Virus record (IMG/VR): IMGVR_UViG_3300032024_000106
Location: 1 to 49,305 of that record
Strand: one strand, 5' to 3'
Source of the DNA: a virus
Taxonomy: Duplodnaviria; Caudoviricetes
Length of the DNA: 49,305 bases
Position numbers and translations under genes: made by a program. Below, in pieces: positions 25,144 through 33,024 of this stretch. The notes below the pieces were generated by a model. It was given only the letters and a program-made list of their open reading frames with translations. It did not search any database and was not told the origin of the DNA. The first letter of the stretch is position 1. Every line of letters starts with the position of its first letter.

Positions 25144-26559
25144 TCAGGCTGTTGCTTTTACAGCTTTTCCGCTGGCCTGCCGATGCAGCGCGACGATGGT
25201 GTTCACGGTGGAATCGACATCGCCGTCTCCGCTTGCGGCGCCGCCGAGATCGGCGCCGACGACCGGGTTATTCAGACCGTCCATCACCACACCCAGCGGG
25301 TTGGCCGCCGCCTCCTTCGGCGCCGCCGCCAGTGCCGTTGCGGCCTGCTCGACGCTCATGTCGGTGTTCAATGCCAGGGCTGAAGCCAAGGCGCCGCGCT
25401 GCTTGGATTCGGCATGCCCCAGGATGCCGCGGACGCGCTCGCGTTCGGTTTTGATGCCTTCCGCGGACGCTGCGGTTGCTTCCGCCTTGCCCGCCGCGTG
25501 GCCTTCGGTGCGGGCCTTCTCCACCGCGGCGTTGAGTTGCACATCGGTATGCTTCAGTTCGTCGGCGGCGCCTTCGGCTTGCGCGCCCGCGGGGGTTTCT
25601 TTGCTCATGTGTTTCTCCTTTTCAGGGGTTAAAAAACGGCCCGCGTTGCGCGAACCGGTGTTACGAATCGAATCCGACCCGAGGTGATCCTCAAGCAGGG
25701 CGACGGTTTCCTCGAAGTTCGCAATGCCGTCGGCGAATCCGAGCTCGACGGCATCGTCCGCCGTCAGAACTCCGGCCTGGGTCGCGCGGACTGCGGCTTC
25801 CGTGAGTCCGCGCAACGCGGCGACGTGTTCCCGGAAGATCAGGCCGTGGCGGCTGACCAACACCTGCAGGCGCTCACGCGGGCCGTCACCAATCGGCTCA
25901 TGCGGGTTGAGATCCTTCTTGAAGTCGCCGTCGTAGATGTAGGTATATTCGACGCCGAGCGCCGCATCGAACTTGCTCTGGTCGACGTGGAGCGCGATGG
26001 TTCCGATGTTGCAGGTCTCCGCGGTGCGCGGCAGGTAGATCTTCTCCGAGGAAGATGCGAGAAAATATCCCGCGGAATAACACTCCTCGTTGATCGCCGC
26101 CCACACCGGCTTAACACCACGAGCCGCGGCAATGCGCTTGGCTTGCTCCGCGCAACCAAAGACTTCACCGCCCCAGGTGTCATATTCAAACAAGATGGCC
26201 CGGACTTCCGCCGCCTGCAGTGCTGCGCCGAAGCGGCTGTCAATCGAGTTGTAGGATTCGATTCCCGATAACGCGTCGAATTCCATTCCACGGTGCACGA
26301 GCGTGCCCAACACTGGGATCACGGCAATGCCGCTCTCGGTCATCGCAAACGCGCGTCCATCGCGCGCGCGCCACTTGATGCCGCTGTGCCGGCTTTCGAT
26401 CTGCGGCCGCTCATGCGGCGGCTGCCCAGCCACCTGGGGCACCGCAACGGATTCGCCTCGCATATGCGCGCGGAGCACGCCTTCGATGATGGCGGCTTTT
26501 CTCGGGTGAACCATCAGCGGCATCGAATACAGGCGCGCAGCGAGGTGGGAATCGCGCAT
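25144..26559 (-). CDS. S49 capsid maturation protease with C-terminal scaffold (lambda C/Nu3-like; internal start at 25608)
   Basis: IAVIPVLGTLV and CYSAGYFLAS motifs. In-frame ATG at 25608 with RBS AAGGAG gives a 154 aa Ala-rich scaffold. Confidence 0.9.
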   Translation of the reverse strand: MRDSHLAARLYSMPLMVHPRKAAIIEGVLRAHMRGESVAVPQVAGQPPHERPQIESRHSGIKWRARDGRAFAMTESGIAVIPVLGTLVHRGMEFDALSGIESYNSIDSRFGAALQAAEVRAILFEYDTWGGEVFGCAEQAKRIAAARGVKPVWAAINEECYSAGYFLASSSEKIYLPRTAETCNIGTIALHVDQSKFDAALGVEYTYIYDGDFKKDLNPHEPIGDGPRERLQVLVSRHGLIFREHVAALRGLTEAAVRATQAGVLTADDAVELGFADGIANFEETVALLEDHLGSDSIRNTGSRNAGRFLTPEKEKHMSKETPAGAQAEGAADELKHTDVQLNAAVEKARTEGHAAGKAEATAASAEGIKTERERVRGILGHAESKQRGALASALALNTDMSVEQAATALAAAPKEAAANPLGVVMDGLNNPVVGADLGGAASGDGDVDSTVNTIVALHRQASGKAVKATA

Positions 26560-26569
26560 TCTGTTCTCC

Positions 26570-28219
26570 TTAAACTGCGAGCCCCGCAGATGCGGGTCTG
26601 GTGTTGTTCTGGCCGGCGCCGGGAATCGGCTCCTCCGGGTTTGTGTCGATCGGTGCCCGCGGCCGGTCTGCTGCGGAGGGGAACGTGATCTGGTTTTTCT
26701 CCTCCAGATCCTTGATATACTTCAGCTCCCGCGCGCGCTGGTCGAGCTTCTCCTGCCAGTCGCCCCCCTGCTCCGCGCACTCATCCTCCAACGTGGAGAT
26801 GTTGAGTTCCATGCGCAGCTCGGCGGCCTGTGCTTCCTTCAGCGGGTCGACCCAACCGCGGCCGTCGCCGATCCAGCGGCAGCCGCAGTAGGCGTCCGCG
26901 TTCTCGTAAAAATCCGGGGCGTCGACCAGCCCCGTGTTGACGATTTCCTCGAGGAACAACCGGTAGACCGGCGTGAGCCAGTAGGTGGCGAGCCACTTGC
27001 GGCGGCCGCGGAAGAACCGCCAGGCCTCGAGCAATGCCGCACGCGCGGAGCTGTAGTTCGTCTTGCTGAAATCCTTCATCAGCAGTTCGTACGGGATGTG
27101 AATACCCGTGGCGATGTGCCGGAACAGCATGGTCACAAACGAGTCGAAGCTCGTGTTCGGACGGTTGGACGAAAAGCTGCTGAGCGTTTCGCCCAGCTGC
27201 AGCGGGATGATGCGCCCACCTGCAAAATCAACAGCACCGCCGCGGCTGGCCAATGACGTCTGATAGTTGGCCAGCGCTTCGGGGTTGTTCGAGAGCAGCT
27301 CGACCAGGCCCTCCTGCCCGATCGAGGATTCGGTGACGAGTGCGACCATCGCATTCACCACCGCAGCCTTGAGTTCCGCGTTGGTCAAATCACCCAGCAC
27401 CTTGAACTGCCGCATCACTGCAGTCAGGGACGGCTTCCCACGCGAGTAATTCGCGCGTTCCTCCCGGCTCGCGTTGGCGTGAATGACGCGCACGCGGCCG
27501 TGCGGAGTAAACGCCGGAATTTCCTCCCATTCACCAAGGCCAAGACCTGACCCCAAGCCCAGGAACATATCGCCGGGATGCGTCTTCCGGATGTGATATA
27601 CCAGCGGACGGCCATAACGGTCGAACTTGATGCCGCCACGCATGATCTCGCTATCCGGCACGTAGCTCGGGTTCGACAGCCGGTCCGGCTCGATGACCTG
27701 CAGGCAGGTTGAAAAACGGCTGCCGCGTTTCGGCAGCCACAGCGGGAGCGCCAGCCCTTCGCCATTCAAAAACGCGGAGTTCTGGATCTGCGCGGTGAGT
27801 CCGTCACCAGTGAGCTGGCCAGTGACATCGCATGCGGTCGTGCCAAAAAAGGTGCCCCAGTGGGCCTCAATCACGTTACCAAATTCCTCCGCCCAGTCCC
27901 GGTCCTTCTTAAGCAACTTCCAGTTCGGCTTTGCCGAAAGACGGAGTCCGCAGCCGACGATGTTGTCCTGATACGTCTGACGGCCAGCGTCCGCAACGCC
28001 GTGGTTGCGTGTAAGGTCGCGCGACCGGGAAACGATGGTCCCCTGTTCTGACAGCAGGTCGGCATCCGCAGAGCCCGCCAGAGGCGTCCAGCGCCGCATG
28101 TCTGGATGTGAACGCGACGCCGCCGTGAATGCTTCCGCCGTGATGCGGCGCGCGGAAGACTGACCGAGGGCGCCGATCAGCTCCGGCCCCCTTTCCGTCA
28201 TCTTGTAATGCGGTTTCAC
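26570..28219 (-). CDS. portal protein (lambda B family)
   Basis: SRSRDLTRNH, DFSKTNYSSARAALLEAWR and GWVDPLKE motifs. Confidence 0.95.
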   Translation of the reverse strand: MKPHYKMTERGPELIGALGQSSARRITAEAFTAASRSHPDMRRWTPLAGSADADLLSEQGTIVSRSRDLTRNHGVADAGRQTYQDNIVGCGLRLSAKPNWKLLKKDRDWAEEFGNVIEAHWGTFFGTTACDVTGQLTGDGLTAQIQNSAFLNGEGLALPLWLPKRGSRFSTCLQVIEPDRLSNPSYVPDSEIMRGGIKFDRYGRPLVYHIRKTHPGDMFLGLGSGLGLGEWEEIPAFTPHGRVRVIHANASREERANYSRGKPSLTAVMRQFKVLGDLTNAELKAAVVNAMVALVTESSIGQEGLVELLSNNPEALANYQTSLASRGGAVDFAGGRIIPLQLGETLSSFSSNRPNTSFDSFVTMLFRHIATGIHIPYELLMKDFSKTNYSSARAALLEAWRFFRGRRKWLATYWLTPVYRLFLEEIVNTGLVDAPDFYENADAYCGCRWIGDGRGWVDPLKEAQAAELRMELNISTLEDECAEQGGDWQEKLDQRARELKYIKDLEEKNQITFPSAADRPRAPIDTNPEEPIPGAGQNNTRPASAGLAV

Positions 28220-28455
28220 AGATCAACCTCTATTGCGCGCCGGCGCAAGCCCGTTACCGTGCCACCCAGCGAGGCGATCTGGGCCTTCAGGTCCGCGATG
28301 TAGCTGAGCAGCTGCTGCAGCGCCGTGACGGAACGCGTGTATTTCACGCGCATGTCGGCGTGCTCGACCTCTTCCTCCATGCTGCCGGTGATGAGGTTAT
28401 GGTAAGCCAGCTCCGCGGCCGTAAGCCGCGTCTGCAGGGTCGCAAGATCTGCCAT
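28216..28455 (-). CDS. head-tail adaptor (lambda W-like)
   Basis: 79 aa, AELAYHNLITG...VKYT...YIADL; between terminase and portal. Confidence 0.85.
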   Translation of the reverse strand: MADLATLQTRLTAAELAYHNLITGSMEEEVEHADMRVKYTRSVTALQQLLSYIADLKAQIASLGGTVTGLRRRAIEVDL

Positions 28456-28473
28456 TTACGATCCTCCGGGTGA

Positions 28474-30549
28474 TTACAGCCAGGGCTCTTCCTGGGTGAA
28501 TTCGGCGCCGCGCGGTGCCGGCGTTACTACAACTGGCCTCGCCACAACCGGCATACGTGCCATCGGTGCCGGCTCCGCGTTAATTACCGTGATCGGTGCG
28601 ACGGGCTTCTGCTCCGCCAGTACCGGCCGCTGCGCGATCGCAATCAGATCCGGCTGGCGGAGTTTTTCTTCCCGCGCCATCCACTGTGCCTCGCTCCACA
28701 GATTGACCTTAATGCGACGCGATGAGTGAAGCGCGTAGACTTCGCAGTCCAAACCTTCGTTGCGCTTGCCGACTTTGACGTCCCAAAAAAGCTTTTGCCG
28801 GGGACGCCCACGCCGCGGCGCCTTGATTTCCGATGTGACCTGCGCGTAGTAGTCGCCGCGGATGCCGCGATACCAGTGCATGCGGCCGGGCCCGCGACCG
28901 GTGATCGCATTGCCGTCCTTGTCTTTTTCGGAGAGCCTCAGCCGCCCGCCGTTTTCGCCGAAGCCGATGATCAGATCCTTGGCCTTTTCGGTGCCAACAT
29001 GGTAGACATGCAGGCCGAACCGTGAAGCTTTCGTAGGGCGCCCGGGATCGATCGGCCGCGGAACGCGGTAGATCTCGCCGGTTTCGGTGCCCTTTATCGC
29101 TACCACGCCGCGGATTTTATGTTTCCGGCAAAACCAATAGACCGCGTCCGAGGTGTTGCCGTCAGACGAGTCGATCGAGATGGATTCGGCAAACAGTTCT
29201 GCACCGGAGGCGTGGCGATAACCGCGGAACAGGAAGGTTTCGAGTTCCGTCCACACCACGTCATTGCGGTCCACAGGATTGCCGTGGATCTCGCCCCAAT
29301 ACACGCGCCACGATTCCTCGCCCCTGCCCCAGGCCACTACGACGATCGCGATCCGGTCACCCTGGACGTCAGCGCCGATCGTAATTGCGAGACCAGGCCA
29401 CGGAACAGTCAGCTCGGGATAGTCCTCCGCGCGTTTTTCGAGTTCATCCTCGGTCGGCGCCGGCGACTTGTACTTGAACGCAAGCCCGAGTTGGTTGTTC
29501 CAGAATTCAATCAACCCGGTGACGTCGCCACTAGCAGCCTTGTGCTGCGCTTCAAGATATTTCTCTACCTGGCGCGACAGCGCAGCTCCCTGTGCGCTGC
29601 TCATGAGATCTGAAATATAAAACCCAGCGAAACCTGTGAACGGCGCCGTTGCAACCCATTGTCCGGCACGCGAGTTGCGCGCGCGCTCCCAGTCCGTCCA
29701 GATGCCGCCGCAGTGCGGACACACCATGCAGGCGCTTTCCGGCACGGCCTTGCCATACACCGGATGATTCCGCGTTTCGTCTTCGCTCCACTTGACCAGC
29801 GGCCAGGCTTCGCCGTCGAGTGGGACTTTTTCGTTGCAGTGGTGGCACGGCGCAAACCATTTGCGCTTGTCGGTCAACTTCATCTCGTCCGTGATGGTCG
29901 AGAGGTCTTCGAGCGTGGGCGAACCGCCCATCACCGAGAAGGTATCGAAATACTGCTTCAACCGCTCGAGCAGCAGCTTGACCGTGCTGCCCTGGCCGCG
30001 CACGTCGCGGTCGCATTCGTCCGGCTCTTCGACAAATCCATAGCGCGCCGAGGAGGATTTCACCTCGTCTGCCGAGTGCGAGTGCACGAACTTGAGCCAC
30101 CCGCCGGGAAAGAGCTTGAAGGTCTGCGTGATGCCTTTCTCACGACTCTTCAGCGGAACCTTGGCGGCCAGCCGCGGCGTCGCGTTCACCATCGGCTCGA
30201 AGCGCTCGAGGTTAAACTCCTTGCCCTTCTTCTCTTTCGGGAAGAGAACAATGATCGGCGCCGGCATCATATCGATGATGAAGCCGAGCAGAGTAGCCAT
30301 CGTCTCCGACCAGCCGGCCTGCGAACTTTTGCAGCAACGAATGCCGCGCACGCCGGGCTCGAAGAACGCGTCGATGATGCCGCGCATGTGCGGGAACATG
30401 GCCCAGGACCACTTGCCGGACATCTCCGCGGTCATCGCCGCAATGTGTCGATGCTCCTCCGCCCACTTAGAGGGGGGGATTTTTTTCGGGGGGATCAGCG
30501 CCCTCCACACCTCCTTGAGCAGGTTGATCAGGACTTTGTTTGTCGTCAT
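28474..30549 (-). CDS. terminase large subunit (lambda gpA family)
   Basis: KSSQAGWS Walker A-like motif, GFVEEPDE Walker B, APCHHC/CPHC, GADVQ nuclease motif, RNEGLDC. Confidence 0.95.
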   Translation of the reverse strand: MTTNKVLINLLKEVWRALIPPKKIPPSKWAEEHRHIAAMTAEMSGKWSWAMFPHMRGIIDAFFEPGVRGIRCCKSSQAGWSETMATLLGFIIDMMPAPIIVLFPKEKKGKEFNLERFEPMVNATPRLAAKVPLKSREKGITQTFKLFPGGWLKFVHSHSADEVKSSSARYGFVEEPDECDRDVRGQGSTVKLLLERLKQYFDTFSVMGGSPTLEDLSTITDEMKLTDKRKWFAPCHHCNEKVPLDGEAWPLVKWSEDETRNHPVYGKAVPESACMVCPHCGGIWTDWERARNSRAGQWVATAPFTGFAGFYISDLMSSAQGAALSRQVEKYLEAQHKAASGDVTGLIEFWNNQLGLAFKYKSPAPTEDELEKRAEDYPELTVPWPGLAITIGADVQGDRIAIVVVAWGRGEESWRVYWGEIHGNPVDRNDVVWTELETFLFRGYRHASGAELFAESISIDSSDGNTSDAVYWFCRKHKIRGVVAIKGTETGEIYRVPRPIDPGRPTKASRFGLHVYHVGTEKAKDLIIGFGENGGRLRLSEKDKDGNAITGRGPGRMHWYRGIRGDYYAQVTSEIKAPRRGRPRQKLFWDVKVGKRNEGLDCEVYALHSSRRIKVNLWSEAQWMAREEKLRQPDLIAIAQRPVLAEQKPVAPITVINAEPAPMARMPVVARPVVVTPAPRGAEFTQEEPWL

Positions 30550-31084
30550 AACCGGCGATCCGTTTCAGAAAGTCCTGGGCCTCGCTCTCTGAAACTTTCA
30601 TGAGCAGCGCTTCCAGCTCCTGCTGCATGCGCTCACCATCGACGCCAAGCCGAGTGAGGAACTCGGCGTCTTCCTTTTTCAAAACCTCGCGTTTCGCTTC
30701 GATACCAGGTGAGGCTTCAAGAATCGCCGACAGCCGCGAGGCGCGGCTCATCTGAAACGCGGCAGCCACAAGCACTCGCGCTTCCCACGTTGGCTTTATC
30801 TCGTTTACCGAAACAAGCAGGCCTCGTTCCTTGCCGAGCTCGAGTTCGAGTATGTCTCCGCGCAGGCGCGCTTCGCGATCGCGTTGTGACTCCGCCTTGC
30901 CGGCGCGCTGCAGCTCTTGTTGCACACGCCAGGCGATTACCTTCGCGGTGTCATAGCGGTTAGCCGTTCCGCGTTCCCCGATCTGCTCGATCGGAAGACC
31001 GTTCTTCTGCCACTCCCACAAAGTCACATCGCTTACACCAAGGATTTCCGCGAGCTCGGTTTGGTTGACTGCCTTCCCCATCAC
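30467..31084 (-). CDS. terminase small subunit (Nu1-like)
   Basis: VNQTELAEILGVSDVTLWEWQKNGLP...YDTAKVIAW winged-HTH motif. Confidence 0.9.
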   Translation of the reverse strand: MMGKAVNQTELAEILGVSDVTLWEWQKNGLPIEQIGERGTANRYDTAKVIAWRVQQELQRAGKAESQRDREARLRGDILELELGKERGLLVSVNEIKPTWEARVLVAAAFQMSRASRLSAILEASPGIEAKREVLKKEDAEFLTRLGVDGERMQQELEALLMKVSESEAQDFLKRIAGYDDKQSPDQPAQGGVEGADPPEKNPPL

Positions 31085-31136
31085 TGCTATCTCTCACTAG
31101 TTAACCCATTGAAACAATGGTGTAACTGAGGGCTTA

Positions 31137-31186
31137 ACGGGGTTTGAATTACCCTCGTGGTGTCTCTGCCGGGAAGGACCCGTAAA
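31137..31186 (-). other. cos packaging site (cosQ plus putative cosN)
   Basis: Minus strand TTTACGGGTCCTTCCCGG contains the lambda cosQ heptamer GGGTCCT (31181-31175). A partial dyad ACGAGGGTAATTCAAACCCCGT follows, just upstream of the Nu1-like gene. Confidence 0.7.
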
Positions 31187-31253
31187 AATGTTGCGGCACA
31201 TCAACGGTGCGTCATGCCTGCGCCATGGGCGTGCGTGGTGTGTATCGAGGCCA

Positions 31254-32003
31254 TCATCGGCTGGCGGCACGGACTGCATTGAATGCATCACGCAAGCGAC
31301 GCGGCATCTCGGCAGCGACAACACGATCAGCTACATCGAAGTAATTAAAGCGTGGGTGATAGCTCACGCCTTTCACGAAGATCAGCACCGGCTTGATCGC
31401 GCTGCCGCGTGCGAATTGAAAGCGCTGCCATACACCAAGCGGTAACCCCTTGCCTGGCCTACCCACGAAGAACTGCGCCAGCTTCTTACCGCGGCGCTTG
31501 ATCGAGCCCGCTGTCCTGTTAGCCGAATAGCCCGCCTTCGTCTCAGCCGAGCCCAGCGCAGACAGGATTTGCCCGATCAGACCTCGGCTCATGTTGCCGT
31601 AGGCATCGAGTTTCGCGCCTGATCCTGGAACAGCGAACATGCCAGACGGCAGCAGGCCGCGCGCCGATAATGCACGCTCAAATCTTTTTTGCCGCCGCGT
31701 CCCGCCTTCGATCTGCGGGGCAAGATACTTGCTCGCAACCGTTCCCTTGCCGGCTCCGTCGTCTTTCAACCATACGATGGCGCGTTGATTTTTCTCTGTT
31801 GCATATTTGATATACAACGACCTGAGCGTATAAGGCGTCGGACGATCGAGCGTCCGCCGCATCTCCTCGACCTCGGCTTGCCGCACTGCATGCGCGGTGC
31901 TGTTGATCGCAACCTTGATCGCCGTATTGACGCGGCGCCTGCCTATATCACGAAACTCGGCAACGATCTGATTCACGTTCGACCGAATGTTGATCGTGAA
32001 CAT
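31254..32003 (-). CDS. conserved phage late protein (possible lambda Z-like)
   Basis: LDRPTPYTLRSL, YLAPQIEGGTR and KLDAYGN motifs; basic; first gene of the late operon. Confidence 0.7.
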   Translation of the reverse strand: MFTINIRSNVNQIVAEFRDIGRRRVNTAIKVAINSTAHAVRQAEVEEMRRTLDRPTPYTLRSLYIKYATEKNQRAIVWLKDDGAGKGTVASKYLAPQIEGGTRRQKRFERALSARGLLPSGMFAVPGSGAKLDAYGNMSRGLIGQILSALGSAETKAGYSANRTAGSIKRRGKKLAQFFVGRPGKGLPLGVWQRFQFARGSAIKPVLIFVKGVSYHPRFNYFDVADRVVAAEMPRRLRDAFNAVRAASR

Positions 32004-32015
32004 CGGCGCACCCGG

Positions 32016-32051
32016 AATAAAAACGCCCGAGCAGGTTGTTACCTGTCGGGC
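32016..32051 (-). terminator. second terminator-like hairpin in the late leader
   Basis: GCCCGACAGGT-AACA-ACCTGCTCGGGC followed by GTTTTTATT on the minus strand. Confidence 0.55.
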
Positions 32052-32125
32052 AAAGCTTCATCGCGTCAACACCAGACCAGGAGGAGGAAGGGCCGGCTCG
32101 GCGACGAAGACGGCAGCATTCTGGA

Positions 32126-32159
32126 AATAAAAAACCCGAAGCGGTTAAGCATTCGGGTT
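32126..32159 (-). terminator. tR'-like terminator
   Basis: AACCCGAATGC-TTAACC-GCTTCGGGTTTTTTATT, about 35 nt past the late promoter -10 box. Confidence 0.65.
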
Positions 32160-32194
32160 CTTGAAGGGAACAAATTCCCTTTCTAGTGAAAAAG

Positions 32195-32223
32195 AGGATA
32201 AAACTCAAAGTTGCCGGTGTCAA
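32195..32223 (-). promoter_or_regulatory. pR'-like late promoter
   Basis: TTGACA (32223-32218), 17 nt spacer, TATCCT (32200-32195), directly after the Q-like gene. Confidence 0.7.
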
Positions 32224-32636
32224 GCACTTGCGCGTATTTTTTTCTCACCATGGCCACGGTCGGCATGCCAGCAGGCGGATTGCCGGGCAAAGATCGATTT
32301 CAGCAATTCATGCCCTTTCATCACCCAAGATGCAAAAGCCATGTCGCTCACCTGCCGATGCCGCGCATGTTCGCGCAAACTGAATCGCTCATAGAGCCAG
32401 TATTGCCGCACCGCCTGGGCGTAGCGCTCCGGCAGCTCCGCGATCGCCATGTCGGTATCGTGCGCACGCCCCATCATCGGCGGGATGCTGGTCTGGTGAA
32501 AGCGATGCTTGCCAGGCGGCGGTTCGTCGCCAGGCCATGAGCTCGGCGCGCCCGGCGTGTCCGTGATCTTTATGGCCCAATCGCGCATGCGGTTGATGAA
32601 ATCCTTGCTCAACTTGCCCAGTATCTTGTCGCTCAT
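32220..32636 (-). CDS. antitermination protein Q-like late regulator
   Basis: RMRDWA N-terminus and a C-terminal sigma-region-4-like HTH (DMAIAELPERYAQAVRQYW); followed by a promoter and terminators. Confidence 0.6.
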   Translation of the reverse strand: MSDKILGKLSKDFINRMRDWAIKITDTPGAPSSWPGDEPPPGKHRFHQTSIPPMMGRAHDTDMAIAELPERYAQAVRQYWLYERFSLREHARHRQVSDMAFASWVMKGHELLKSIFARQSACWHADRGHGEKKIRASA

Positions 32637-32684
32637 CGTATGATGCTCCGCGAAATGTTCAACGTGGAACCTGCCGGCGGTTCC

Positions 32685-32966
32685 GTGAAGGGTGTGAAGA
32701 GTGGCGCGCCATACCCTTCACAACTTAACCTCTTGTTTTCTTTAATTCTGTGAAGGGTGTGAAGAGTGTGAAGGGTAAAACGGGATGCTATACGCGCAGG
32801 TGTGCACGCGCGCCCACGCACGCGAGCGCGCGCACACAGACGCATGCGCGTAGCAGGCAAAATACCCTTCACACTCTTCACACCCTTCACATTCTTTTCT
32901 CCATCAACAACTTGCGGATATCACTACCCTTCACAGAGCCCTTCACAAAGCGGCCCTACCCTTCAC
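32685..32966 (+). repeat. putative replication origin: GTGAAG(G/A)G iterons in both orientations
   Basis: 5 forward and 7 reverse copies. Perfect 29-bp inverted repeat 32749-32777/32863-32891. Directly downstream of the primase-helicase gene. Confidence 0.75.
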
Positions 32967-33024
32967 GACAACCGTCCCGCGCCGCGCGCGCAGGCCAGGC
33001 ACGCGTGCCCGTCCGGTCTTAAAG

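Noticed and set aside
32685-32966. CRISPR array
   Set aside because: Repeats are 8-9 nt, occur in both orientations and have no regular unique spacers. No CRISPR array or cas gene was seen anywhere in the window.
32633-33022. ORFs starting MKGVKSVKG on both strands
   Set aside because: They are mirror translations of the inverted iteron arrays.
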